From Octopus bimaculoides (taxonomy: Eukaryota), in the NCBI RefSeq assembly GCF_001194135.2, contig NC_068998.1, positions 52,847,068 through 52,911,067 of the forward strand: DNA of 64,000 nucleotides, in the 5' to 3' direction. Position numbers and translations under genes: made by a program. Every line of letters starts with the position of its first letter. Positions within the stretch are counted from its first letter, which is position 1. The notes under the pieces are model-generated. The model made no database searches, was not told where the DNA came from, and saw only the letters and a list, made by a program, of their open reading frames with translations. This document shows positions 27,026 through 40,043 of this stretch, one piece after another.

Positions 27026-28146
27026 CAAACATATTTATCAACTGATCGATCGATCTGTCATTGAAAATATGCTGATAGTATATATATGCATGCATAAATG
27101 TGTACACATATCAACTCTTATATCATCTATAAGTGTTCGTGTGTGTGTGCGTATATGTATAAATGTACAGATGTTTATATATATATATATATATATATAT
27201 ATGCTTTCTCCCCAAAATTTAATGCTCTTAGCTTAGATCTTTGGAGGCAACCAGATTTGAACAGTCTCAAATGTAACTGCCCGAAAATGGTGAGAGCAAC
27301 TTGCGTTTATTGTCCGTCTTTTTATTCTTTTCCTGTCCGCATACTTACTGCAGCGGTCTTTCGGTTTTTCTAAGCACTGTAAAAGAACTCAGAAAGCTGA
27401 GTCTCCAACCAGGCATTTCGCGAAACCCTTACAGGCAGGAACTTTTCAGCAACTTCTCGTAGATATCACAGATTACTTTTATTCAAAGGATAATCAACTG
27501 ATTACCATTTAGCCTCTCACCAACATACACGAACCTTTAGTTCTCAGGTAGGCACTTTAATCATTCTAGCTTTTTTGCCCCGCTGTCACAGGGCCTCTGT
27601 TCCTACAACTCTATTGTTCTAATGATACCACCATTCACACGATTCCTAATCACTTGTTCCTTTTCTCATCATCGATATTGTGTCCCCACTCCCCGAGGTT
27701 TCATATTAACCACTTCACCTAGCCTTTACTCCCTACGACACTCAAACACACAGAACACACATACACACAATATTAGTCAAAGCTATATTGTTACAGATTT
27801 TCAATTGTTAATCGGGGTATTAGAGACTGTAGATCACATAATCTACCAGCGAACCATTGTTCCAACCTAAAACCATTGTTCGTACTCTAGAAAGAATAAA
27901 AAAAAAACAAAAATAAAATCTTTCTTATGCTTTACTCTGCTGTTTCACTTATCTTATTGATATCGGTAGCTCTTCAGGAATAATAAGAAAAAATATATAT
28001 ACACCATTAGGTGTTTATTTGAATTACCGAGAGTCTACTACTAAAAGATTTAAGCATTTCATTAGGTCATAAAAAAGATATTACTTTTCCATTCATTTAC
28101 TCTCCTCAAAAGAAAAAAAATACAACTATATGAAACAAAAAATGAA

Positions 28147-28208
<62 letters not shown>

Positions 28209-28782
28209 ACCATTATTCAGCTTTCTTAATTTTCTTCCAAGTTTATTTTGTAACAGAAGAATTTTCAGAGAACTCTACTTTAGAAACAACAAGGCATTGT
28301 TTTCTTTCTACATTCTTTCTAAGTTAAATTGTCTATAATAATTTATTTTACACAATTGCTTATAATAACATATTTACTGGTTATCGATTCATTGATTTAT
28401 ATTTCTCTTGCACAGTCAGCAGCAACAAATATTTTTTATTGTTGTTTTTGTGGTCGTGATTGTGATTGTTGTTGTTATCGTTGTTGTCGTTTGTGCTTTC
28501 TTTCTCCCAGTAAATATAATAGAACGAACTGACGTTATCTTTACGTGAATCAATGATTTTATTTATTGAAAACGTAGATTCGCTAACAACACTTCTTTAC
28601 ACAAACAAAGAAGCCACATTTTATTTTTTAAAATTACTTTACACAATAGCATCGGTAGAGATAATGACATCTATAGCGGACGATGAACTATTCAGGTAGA
28701 CTCTACGGAGTCGGTTAGGCCATTAGTAATATAGGTGAAATTCCTTCATATTACATCATACAGTCTTAGAAAATTAATGTTT

Positions 28783-28791
28783 GTGGGACAA

Positions 28792-28822
<31 letters not shown>

Positions 28823-28991
28823 TATATACGACGGGCTTCTTTCAGTTTCCGTCTACCAAATCCACTCACAATGCTTTGGTCGGCCCGGGGCTATAGTAGA
28901 AGACACTTGCCCAAGGTGCCACGCAGTGGGACTGAACCTGGAACCATGTGCTTGGTAAGCAAGCTACTTACTACACAGCCACACCTGCACC
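28783..28991 (-). mobile_element. SINE family B, 5' half, young
   Basis: cttctttcagtttccgtctaccaaatccactcaca..gacacttgcccaaggtgccacgcagtgggactgaacc..acacagccacacctgc. Confidence 0.9.
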
Positions 28992-30798
28992 TATTTAAAA
29001 TCCGGACATTACCCATAGGATAACCTGGTAGATGACTGAGTAACTATGTTGAACTTTCTGATTTGGCTGGACACTAAATCTCGTCAAACTAGTTATCAAC
29101 AATTTTACGAGTCAGCTACATCTCTCTCAAACTCTAAACATCACGTTAGGCATTATAATCGTACTTATACAAAAGGGGATGGTCACATTTAAACCGCTTT
29201 TGTTTATAAGTCTAAATCCTGTACATCGATGCGAGTTGGAGCTGCGCCATTAATACATGTTTTAAAAGAAACATCATAATTCTTAAGCCCTCTAAATATC
29301 AGAATCAGTGTGTATCTCAATACAAACAGTGGTGATGGCCACGACTAGAAATCCAAACAAACGATGGGTTTCAACCGAAACCAATTTATTAGAAATCATA
29401 TAGCAGTACGTTTGGATTATTGGAACTGTTGGCTGCTTCTAAGACATCAATCGATCAACTCCATGCTATATAGATCTGCTTAAGCTTAGCTGACCGACAA
29501 TCATGCAACTATTTCGCCGATATATTTACATCTACAGTGTGTGCTGCTAGGTAGACGTCCACACATGAAATGAATATATATATATATATATGTATATAAA
29601 TATATACATGGAACATTTCGTGCTGTTAACATGGAAATATATAGAATGATTGGAATAATGTTACACCCTTGTCGAATAACGATATTGGAAACATGGAAGC
29701 ACTCAAAACACAACACTATATCGAAGACAATACCACCTATTGCTATAATGCAACACGAAATGTAGCCAATCTATAAAGTTTTATCTTACTCTATTATTTC
29801 ACATGACTGTCTGCGACCACTACAACTAATAAAAAAAGATAACAGAATATATATACATATGCGAGTGTAGATATGTGTGTGTGTGTGTATTTGTGTCTAT
29901 ATATGCGGACATGCACGTATATTGTATATTTAGTTATAGCAAAATATAGACACAGACAAAAAACATGCCCTTATATATTTATATCTCAATATGTATGACT
30001 ATATACATATATATACATATATATNNNNNNNNNNNNNNNNNNNNNNNNNNNNNNNNNNNNNNNNNNNNNNNNNNNNNNNNNNNNNNNNNNNNNNNNNNNN
30101 NNNNNNNNNNNNNNNNNNNNNNNNNNNNNNNNNNNNNNNNNNNNNNNNNNNNNNNNNNNNNNNNNNNNNNNNNNNNNNNNNNNNNNNNNNNNNNNNNNNN
30201 NNNNNNNNNNNNNNNNNNNNNNNNNNNNNNNNNNNNNNNNNNNNNNNNNNNNNNNNNNNNNNNNNNNNNNNNNNNNNNNNNNNNNNNNNNNNNNNNNNNN
30301 NNNNNNNNNNNNNNNNNNNNNNNNNNNNNNNNNNNNNNNNNNNNNNNNNNNNNNNNNNNNNNNNNNNNNNNNNNNNNNNNNNNNNNNNNNNNNNNNNNNN
30401 NNNNNNNNNNNNNNNNNNNNNNNNNNNNNNNNNNNNNNNNNNNNNNNNNNNNNNNNNNNNNNNNNNNNNNNNNNNNNNNNNNNNNNNNNNNNTATATATA
30501 TATGTGAGTGTGTGTATGTATGCATATGTATATTAATGCATAAATCAACTTATGTTCAATATAATAAAACATAAAATCTAATAAAACTCATCACCACAGT
30601 CTCCATAAAACTTCAGGTTGAAAAATTTTCAACTAAAGTAATCGATGACAATGAAATGACAAATTCCAGTCGAAGGAGGAAATAAATAAAAACAGACATA
30701 GAAACACATAGAGGGCAATATACATCCACCTGATACACATTTTATTGGTAAAAGACGATAAACAAAACTTCATACATATCTTCACACATACATACATT

Positions 30799-30831
<33 letters not shown>

Positions 30832-31629
30832 TTACATATATATATATATAAATATATATAAACATATATTTACATATATATATGTATATATTTGTATATA
30901 TATATGTACATATATATCTACAGAGAGAGAGAGAGAGAGGAAGAGAGAAAGATAAAGGAAGAGAGACAGATACATACACACATCCATACACATAAATTTT
31001 ACTATATATATGTATCTATGTGTATATNNNNNNNNNNATATATATATATATATTCATACATGCAAATATATATGTATGTATGTATGTATATATATATATA
31101 TACGAAGAAAGAACTTGCTGACAACGGAGTAGGACGATGCAATTTTTTATTTCGAACCCGCTTCGTTCTAATGTCATTGTTAGAAGAAATATGAAAAGAT
31201 ATGTTTGCAATGATAGAAAGAAATTCTACCTGGTCGATATCAAAGAGATAGTTTGAATTCATTTTTCACTACACTTGGAACAAAATTATACTGCTGAAAT
31301 TTAGACTATTTGTTAAACCTACATATAAGCACCTACGTTTGTGTGTTCTGGAGGGATGACTAGGGTGGTGGTGAGTGGGTGTGAGTGGGGAGCGTGTGGT
31401 TAAAAAGTTCATTTTCCATCCACAGGGTCCTTCTGCTTCTAGTAAGGGTTTCAGTCACGAGCGCAATGGAGTTTCGAAGACAGAATGCAAATGTCCCATC
31501 TCCTTCTTGGCTAATTTGAATAAAAGGTGAAGGAGATGGACAGCCTGTGGCTTTCTAACTTTCATGATAAATGGTCGTCAATATTTCTGTTATTAAAACT
31601 ACCTATAGTGCCACATTGTTTTTGTAGTT

Positions 31630-31630
<1 letters not shown>

Positions 31631-31688
<58 letters not shown>

Positions 31689-31697
31689 TAATAATAA
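31631..31697. repeat. (TAA)n microsatellite
   Basis: Direct reading. Confidence 0.95.
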
Positions 31698-31850
31698 CAT
31701 CGGAAAGTTACCTTTGGAATGAGAACCCAGGTTCGATATTTCCCCAAGACACCTGATGGAGGCTGGAGGGTGTATCAGCCGAAACGTTGTGTTAACAACA
31801 AACAAGGTGAGGACAAATATCCGTCAAATGTAAATAATGTAAATAATGCG
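31698..31850 (+). mobile_element. Penelope-like pLTR/non-autonomous fragment carrying the hammerhead
   Basis: ~150-bp unit directly after (TAA)n, contains the hammerhead motif and ends in a short tandem tail (aatgtaaat x2). Penelope pLTRs are known to carry minimal hammerheads. Confidence 0.5.
31748..31793 (+). ncRNA. Minimal type I hammerhead ribozyme motif (Penelope-type), variant core
   Basis: Stem I GACAC(31748-52)/GTGTT(31789-93); core CTGATG-G-A; stem II GGCTG(31761-65)/CAGCC(31776-80); GAAAC; palindromic stem III AACGTT; predicted GUU cleavage after 31788. Confidence 0.6.
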
Positions 31851-32829
31851 CAAAGTTAGTGTTTGAATAGCAATTGATTCAGTTAGAAGTTTGGAATCAC
31901 AAAACAGTCGAAAAGAAAAAAAATGAGATATTAAAAAAAATATATATCGAATTAATATATTAATTAATTGATTTCTAAATATGAGTTTAAGATATTAGAA
32001 GTTTAATGCAAAACTTAATATGCAAAAATCATTCGATAATGAAAGAGGGCAATTACTCATATAGTTTATATTTCCAAAACGCATTAATGCTAGTATGCAT
32101 GCATAAATAATTTTTATTGGTCAAATTATACACTGTGAATATATAACGACATAAACATTGGCAGAAGATATCCGGAAATGAATTTACGTAAAAAATCTCA
32201 TAATGGTGATTTTAATTTATCATTACACGTATACTGGAAGTATATGTGTGCTGAATAATTTAATGGTTTTATTTTCAATTTATATGAGGTAAAATAGTGA
32301 TAGATGGTTGATAAGAGAAAGTTATGGTTTAGATACGTTAAACTTTTGCTATTGATGTTGAAGTTTCAAATGTTGAATAACCACAGAGAACAAACTACTC
32401 GGTTGAAATCCTGTAAGAGCTGATAGTGATAGTCATCTTCGTATGTTAATCAAATAAGATGTTCCATTTGTGACAATCTCAGCATGTTTGTAAATCTAGG
32501 AGTACATTCTTTAGTGTATTTTTTATTGTATGAGGTATTAAAGGATTTAAAGAATTTTGATTGTTAGTTGTAGCATGTCGAACCGCTACGTAGAGGGCTC
32601 CCTCGTGGACCATTAAGCATCAAACAAGTATTTCGTGCCGTTCTTTCTGTTTAGGGTTATGGGTTTGTGTTAATGTTCTAAATCAGAAACATAAAGTAGC
32701 AGAGTAACAGAAACGGTAGGGACTGGACCTAATTCTTAAAAGGAGAATAATACCCTAGAGATTTTCCTAATATTATTATAATTATGCTGTTGTCAGAAAA
32801 AGTGAGTCGCTAATACTAAGAGGTGGAAC

Positions 32830-33070
32830 GGCGTACCATTGAATGATCTCCGGACTTACGATAGTGGACGACGCAGGACGTAGCTCGAAGATCAAGGAAT
32901 CTTTCCAAGTCGAGTCAAACCTCTCCGGAAATATGATTAGAATGCTGGAGGTAAGGATCGCAAGATGGATTCTGCAACTGGTAGGAGACCTAGAGGTAGA
33001 CCAAGAACGAAATGGTTGGATAATATCTACAGTCTCAGTTGCTCACACTTATAAAATCTAATCGGACGGT
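32830..33070 (+). mobile_element. RTE-clade LINE 3' coding end (decayed)
   Basis: ISGLTIVDD..SSKIKESFQVE, GNMIRMLEVRIARWIL and, after a frameshift, GRRPRGRPRTKWLDNI, the typical RTE C-terminal motif. Confidence 0.7.
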
Positions 33071-33372
33071 TCCTTTTGGTAGAACCCTGCGGAGAAGGTG
33101 CCTGATGACTCTATCCTTCATGGCCCCTCCCCACCCCGATCACTTTCTTATCTCCGTACTTAACCTTTATGAAAGAGTGTCTGTTCTGTGCCTCACCTCC
33201 AATGGGTATATATCAAGTTTTTCTCCTTCAAAAGTTGGAAAGTATCGGCGCTATTCATAACCATAAATCATCATCACGTGACACAACTTTTAAGAATCAG
33301 CAGAGTATGCGTCTAGAATAATAATGAAACATGAGAAACCCAAACGTGAGATCTCAATGTTCCTGAGGGTCA

Positions 33373-33545
33373 AAGGCGTCGAGCTGGCAGAATCGTTAGC
33401 ACGCAGGCGAAAATGCTTAGTGGTATTTTGACGTTCTGAGTTCAAATCCCTCCATCATCGACTTTGACTTTCATCACTTAGGGGGCGATGAAATAAGTAG
33501 TAGTAAAGCACTGGTGTCAATGTAATCGATTTACACCGCCTCTCA
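33373..33545 (+). mobile_element. SINE family A
   Basis: gagctggcagaatcgttagcacgcaggcgaaaatgcttag..gttctgagttcaaat..cgactttgactttcatc. Confidence 0.85.
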
Positions 33546-33730
33546 CGCCTCTCCCACCTTATGTTTACAGCTGTTTCGGATAACTCGTGGGTGCCTCCAT
33601 ATGTCATATGTTTATGGAATATCCCGAATTATTACAGATGCATAAAGCTAAATCATACTTTCCCCATCAGAAGATTCTGCTTGATCTAAAGTTCTCTAAC
33701 ACACTCTATCCCAGGATACATACGTGCATA

Positions 33731-33734
<4 letters not shown>

Positions 33735-33790
<56 letters not shown>

Positions 33791-33820
33791 NNNNNNNNNN
33801 NNNNNNNNNNNNNNNNNNNN

Positions 33821-33883
<63 letters not shown>

Positions 33884-33892
33884 CGAGAGAGA
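33735..33892. repeat. (CA)n-gap-(GA)n
   Basis: Direct reading. Confidence 0.9.
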
Positions 33893-34287
33893 GGGTAGTA
33901 CATAGATACATACACGTATCATTTAAGATACAATCAGCTCCTGGAATATTGCACATAACATAATTCGGTTACGTGTGTTGCTTAATTGGTGCTTAAAGAT
34001 CGAGTTAGCTGTTTATAAACTATCTTTAGAGAAGGTCGACTTTGAAATACACGTGTGGTGTCCATTCAATCGACAATTTCAGGGTATTTAATAGACTTCT
34101 ATTAGCGGCAAGTCAACATGTTCAGGTTGTATGTTCCGGCTTTATCGATTTTCACGTAAACTCTATCGATTTAGCCGATATCTTCAGATGTCTACAATGC
34201 AATCAATATAAACAATTTCTAAGTGTCGCTGTCAAATCGACGTCGTCCGACAATTGTGCCTGTATAATCAACGATTAAACTCCATCT

Positions 34288-34288
<1 letters not shown>

Positions 34289-34355
<67 letters not shown>

Positions 34356-34436
34356 CGTGTGTGTGTGTGTGTGTGTGTGTGTATACGTGCATACGTACAT
34401 ACACACGTGCATATATGTATATATATATATATATAT
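34289..34436. repeat. (TA)n-(TG)n mosaic
   Basis: Direct reading. Confidence 0.9.
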
Positions 34437-34696
34437 TCATACATATATCTAACAATTACACACCACATCTATAATTTATTGCCTATTCTTCCGGTGTATT
34501 AATTTGTGAGTTGTCAACAGGTTGATTACAATATGTAAATTTATGTAAATATATACATAATAGATATTCGTGTATATTCCTGTGCAATTGTAGATATCTA
34601 AGAGGAAAAGCTCGCAAACTGAAACCGAATAATACATTAGAAACAGTGCGATTAATATATATATATGCACTTATGTTGGCTATTGACAAGAGGGTA

Positions 34697-34697
<1 letters not shown>

Positions 34698-34769
<72 letters not shown>

Positions 34770-34775
34770 TAATAA
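34698..34775. repeat. (TAA)n microsatellite
   Basis: Direct reading. Confidence 0.95.
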
Positions 34776-35794
34776 ATGAAGAACAATGTGGGATGTTTAC
34801 CTCAATATTTTATCTTTCCTTGAAATGTTATAAGACATGCTTAAACGAATTAATACTTTTCTATGAATACAAATTNNNNNNNNNNNNNNNNNNNNNNNNN
34901 NNNNNNNNNNNNNNNNNNNNNNNNNNNNNNNNNNNNNNNNNNNNNNNNNNNNNNNNNNNNNNNNNNNNNNNNNNNNNNNNNNNNNNNNNNNNNNNNNNNN
35001 NNNNNNNNNNNNNNNNNNNNNNNNNNNNNNNNNNNNNNNNNNNNNNNNNNNNNNNNNNNNNNNNNNNNNNNNNNNNNNNNNNNNNNNNNNNNNNNNNNNN
35101 NNNNNNNNNNNNNNNNNNNNNNNNNNNNNNNNNNNNNNNNNNNNNNNNNNNNNNNNNNNNNNNNNNNNNNNNNNNNNNNNNNNNNNNNNNNNNNNNNNNN
35201 NNNNNNNNNNNNNNNNNNNNNNNNNNNNNNNNNNNNNNNNNNNNNNNNNNNNNNNNNNNNNNNNNNNNNNNNNNNNNNNNNNNNNNNNNNNNNNNNNNNN
35301 NNNNNNNNNNNNNNNNNNNNNNNNNNNNNNNNNNNNNNNNNNNNNNNNNNNNNNNNNNNNNNNNNNNNNNNNNNNNNNNNNNNNNNNNNNNNNNNNNNNN
35401 NNNNNNNNNNNNNNNNNNNNNNNNNNNNNNNNNNNNNNNNNNNNNNNNNNNNNNNNNNNNNNNNNNNNNNNNNNNNNNNNNNNNNNNNNNNNNNNNNNNN
35501 NNNNNNNNNNNNNNNNNNNNNNNNNNNNNNNNNNNNNNNNNNNNNNNNNNNNNNNNNNNNNNNNNNNNNNNNNNNNNNNNNNNNNNNNNNNNNNNNNNNN
35601 NNNNNNNNNNNNNNNNNNNNNNNNNNNNNNNNNNNNNNNNNNNNNNNNNNNNNNNNNNNNNNNNNNNNNNNNNNNNNNNNNNNNNNNNNNNNNNNNNNNN
35701 NNNNNNNNNNNNNNNNNNNNNNNNNNNNNNNNNNNNNNNNNNNNNNNNNNNNNNNNNNNNNNNNNNNNNNNNNNNNNNNNNNNNNNNNNNNNNN

Positions 35795-35837
<43 letters not shown>

Positions 35838-36351
35838 GCGAGTATCACATGGAATACAGCGTGAATAAAACTTAGTTATGTTTAACGAATTATTTAACTA
35901 ATCCGTCTCAGTACGTTGTGTCGTGACACGAGGGAGCTTATTTAAAAGAAAGTTTATAATCAATTCGACTGCATTTTTTGCATTAAGCACACGAATTCGT
36001 AAATGTCCTGTTGTTTTTCCCTGGAATTTCTTCAATGCAGTAATTCCCAAATTAGCACACACTCACACGCACTCACACACACTACACACATACTGCACAC
36101 ATATAAGCAAACACACGCATCACTTAAGGATCAAAGTACTAATTGGTATATGCAAGTATTTAACGCTTTTCTCTTAATTAGAAGAGAAATACAAGCATCT
36201 ACCGAAAGCTGTTCGAGACAACGAAGGACAAGGGGAGACTGAATCGCTCGAAATAAAATCTTCGAAACCCAGAGAAAGCATAACTGTTGCTTATTGGCAA
36301 TGGGGTAATAACTGAGGACATTTGTTTGTCTGTTAGATATATAAGTTATAT

Positions 36352-36680
36352 TTTCCTGCTTCGGTCATTGGTCTATGACCAAGCTGGAAACCAACCTTAA
36401 AGGGACATACGCGATCCCAGTATTTAGTTTAAATTCTGGTGCTCATTATATAGTTCACTTTTTGCCAAGCCATGAAATCAGGGGGTGCAAAGAACGCAAC
36501 ATATAATGAATATATATATATATATATATATGTGCATGTATGTATATACTGTATGGTGGCTTCCACGGAGTTTCATCTACGAAATCCATTCATATTTCAT
36601 CGGTAGGCCCGGCGTTACAGAAGGCAAACGCTCCTGAGGGATCCAAGTAGAAACCATAAGGCTTCAAATGAGTTTTGGCC
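36352..36680 (-). mobile_element. SINE family B (very degenerate)
   Basis: Same layout around an internal (TA)n; gtttcatctacgaaatccattca. Confidence 0.45.
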
Positions 36681-37300
36681 AACGTAATTTACATAATTGA
36701 AAAGTAATAATATCAACGAAGGGAAATAAACGTGACATTAGCAAGTTTTTGAACGAATATGCCAAAGCATGATATACTAAATGAGTAAGATAATAAAAAA
36801 CAATCTTCATAGACTGAGTATGGTGGATAAATTTAATCGACCGAAAAACGTCTTTATATGTGTTTCGCTATAAAAAGTAACCTGTCTCTTAAGTGTGTAA
36901 ATTGAATTTCTGAGATAAATGCTTAATTTCTAGAATTTTTTTTCCTTTCCTCTTTTTAGTGTCGTTAAAAATTGCTTCCAAGTTCTTGTTAACTTTCTAC
37001 GACTTCAAGGAGAAATTTTGGCTTGTTATTATTCGTTTTGATTATAGATATAAGCATACACACGAATGTGTGTGTATACATACACAAATATATCCACATA
37101 TGTATATATACCTATATATATATATATATATNNNNNNNNNNNNNNNNNNNNNNNNNNNNNNNNNNNNNNNNNNNNNNNNNNNNNNNNNNNNNNNNNNNNN
37201 NNNNNNNNNNNNNNNNNNNNNNNNNNNNNNNNNNNNNNNNNNNNNNNNNNNNNNNNNNNNNNNNNNNNNNNNNNNNNNNNNNNNNNNNNNNNNNNNNNNN

Positions 37301-37354
<54 letters not shown>

Positions 37355-37379
37355 AGTATGCAGCGATGTGTATACAAAG

Positions 37380-37740
37380 AAAATTGTTAGCAGTTGAAAT
37401 ATGCTTGAGATATCCGAACCGGTAAGAAAACTTTTCACTGTATTTTATGAAGGAGAAAAATTATCGCTGTAAGAAAAATACAGAGCCACATCAACTATAC
37501 TGCATATGCGGTGTACCTTGTCCACCATCGTCAGGTCCGGCCTGTTATGTTCTAGCACGTGATTTGCTTAGATTGGGAACTCCCAGAGTATTTTGCAAGT
37601 GCTCATACCACGTCTGGACTATTTCTAGCCCTTACTTCTCGCACAGTTTCAAATGTAGCACTTTCTTTACCTAATCATGTCACCACAAATTGTAATGGTT
37701 TTGGGCAAGTCTAGGGTATTCGTTCATGATAAAGGAAGTG

Positions 37741-37741
<1 letters not shown>
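37380..37741 (-). mobile_element. R4/Dong-clade non-LTR retrotransposon fragment (REL endonuclease region)
   Basis: Minus strand: EYPRLAQNHYNLW*HD*VKKVLHLKLCEK*GLEIVQTWYEH then KILWEFPI*ANHVLEHNRPDLTMVDKVHRICSIVDVA (RHD and PD..D motifs, with stops); 5' end abuts the TAA tract at 37742-37793. Confidence 0.8.

Positions 37742-37793
<52 letters not shown>
37742..37793. repeat. (TTA)n microsatellite
   Basis: Direct reading. Confidence 0.95.
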
Positions 37794-37794
<1 letters not shown>

Positions 37795-37797
37795 TAA

Positions 37798-37998
37798 TGT
37801 AGTGAGCTGGCAGAATCGTTAACAGGCCGGGCGAAATGCTTTGCGGTATGTCGTTACGTTCTGAGTTCAAAAGTCGACTTTGCCTTTCATCCATTCGGGG
37901 TCGATAAATTAAGTACTAGTCAAGTACTGGGGTCAATGTGATCGATTGTCCTCCTCACAACAATCCAGATCTTGTACATATAGTGGAGTGGATTATTA
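37798..37998 (+). mobile_element. SINE family A
   Basis: gtgagctggcagaatcgttaac..gttctgagttcaaaagtcgactttgcctttcatcc..; tail followed by (tta)/(cta)n. Confidence 0.85.
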
Positions 37999-38005
37999 TT
38001 ATCAT

Positions 38006-38038
<33 letters not shown>

Positions 38039-38769
38039 AACTACATAATCTAAAATGTGCAATGTGCGTCGAAAGGAAACACATACGTATTGTTACCGAT
38101 TAATGTCAATAACTAAGGCCGGCGACTTTTGGTCGCGTAACTGAACTTTTGTCTAGCATAAACGGAGATTCGCCGGCTTTTATGAAGCATGCACTAATTC
38201 ACAAATCATAAATGGCGACCGCGCTCTGCGGCCCATATATGTATATACATATACATACCTGCACACAAAAGTGCAGTAAGTGTTTGGGAATTCTGTATCC
38301 TATATTGTAGATATCCATTTGTATACTGGAACAGGGAACCTTTCATTTTATTCTGTTATTCTATGGATAATAGTTTGTAGCGTTATTCTGATAAAAACTA
38401 AATCCCTCTTGCTGAAGCTCCATGCAAACGACGCTGTATTGTGTATAGAATATTACGAAAAAAGAAATCGAACGTATGAGCGAAATAATATCTTTGGAAA
38501 GTATACAAATTACCACAGGAATTGTGAATAACCTATTATTTTCTTAGATTTCTGTGTTATACATTTCGCACTTTTAGGAATTCTTTGAAACTATAGAATA
38601 TAATGCATTTAGCTCTACGTAACGTGGATGTTTCTTCATCCCATCATTCCTAAAAAATATATATTTAAAAATCAGATGCCATTGCGAGAACAATAAGAGC
38701 CAAGGTGGTTCCAGTTGCTAGAAACAGAAACTAAATCACCTTAAAATTCCACCTATTACTCTACAGTAA

Positions 38770-38962
38770 AGGTATAAAATGTTGGGGTCGGGGTCTAACT
38801 AATTAGAGCGCCTCGCTCCCTCCGTTCAGCTGGTAGTTATTCTATCGATCTCGAAGTCCGAAAGGCAAAGTCGACCAATTCAGAATTTGAATTCAGAACC
38901 CAAAACAGACAAAATGCCCCTAAACATTGTGTCCGGCGAGCTAACCATTCTGCCAGCTCCCT
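38770..38962 (-). mobile_element. SINE family A
   Basis: gaaaggcaaagtcgacc..gaatttgaattcagaac..gctaaccattctgccagctc. Confidence 0.75.
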
Positions 38963-39596
38963 TTCTCTCTGCCTACTATAATATCATGTCTGGTATGTCA
39001 ACGATCAAGATGGCCAAGCCTGACAATGTTTTTCAGCATAAATCTGTTTTTATAGATCTGTACGTGTTAAAATAGAACAACAAGCGAGCGAGTGTAAGGC
39101 GTTTGGTTTATGTTTGGATCGCAGTAACATGGCTGAGTACCTTGAGCAAGGATTTTCTCTACGATCCTCGGTTCGACCGAAAATCTTCGAAGTTATCAGA
39201 AGTTACCCGAAATTACTCGAAGTTATCCGAAGTAGTATCGACAGCAACAATACGGAAACCCGCCATGTGAATTTTTTTATGATCTTCAGTGGTATTCTTA
39301 TTATCCAAGTGGGACACATGAAACCAGTATTTGTTTGCTTGACTGGCTGAATACAATACCGAAAACATCCCCTATTGCATATGTTATAGTCTCTGAACGA
39401 AAACCGACGAACACAATGCAAAAATGTAGTCTTAGGTTGACCATGGTTTAGAAAAGAAACGAAAGAGAGCGAGTCTTGAAAATTGGGGAATAAGTTTTAT
39501 CATAGTTGGGATCTGCACAATGAAGATAGTCCTGGTGCTAAACAAGAAGAAAAAGAGCAAAAAGTAAAAAGAAACCAACAATAAAAGTTTTCAGAT

Positions 39597-39800
39597 ATAG
39601 GCAGAAGGCCCGAAGGATGAGGGTGTAAGTCAATGCCATCGACTGTCGTATTTGTCTGGTAGTTTAATCTATCGACCCCGGAGAAATGAAACGCAGCGCC
39701 AACCGTCAAAGGATTTGAATTGAAAATGTGAAGTGTAGGAAGAAATGCTGCAGTGCGTTTTGTCCGACGGACGAACGATTATAGCAATCCTCTTCGCCGA
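39597..39800 (-). mobile_element. SINE family A (very degenerate)
   Basis: tatcgaccccggagaaatgaaa..ggatttgaatt..gaacgatt. Confidence 0.5.
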
Positions 39801-39989
39801 AAACCACAGTGGTAAGCTTCTAATGAAACAGTCTCGAAACTGTTTCGAAATAGGTGTACAACCTTGCTCAAATCCCGCCCTATATTGTTAAACCGTCGAA
39901 TGGTTCACTGAAAGGTGAATCCTTGAAATTATGCCCACGGAGAATATATGCAGTTCTGGTGAATGATGAATAAATGAATAGGAAAGGTT

Positions 39990-39993
<4 letters not shown>

Positions 39994-40040
<47 letters not shown>
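39994..40040. repeat. (CA)n microsatellite
   Basis: Direct reading. Confidence 0.95.

Positions 40041-40043
<3 letters not shown>

Noticed and set aside
34042-34278. 78-aa ORF with four-plus Cys
   Set aside because: It starts at TTG, and has no supportive splice pair or recognised domain.
37447-37674. Cys-rich 75-aa plus-strand ORF
   Set aside because: The opposite strand carries clear Dong/R4 REL motifs; this is an antisense shadow.
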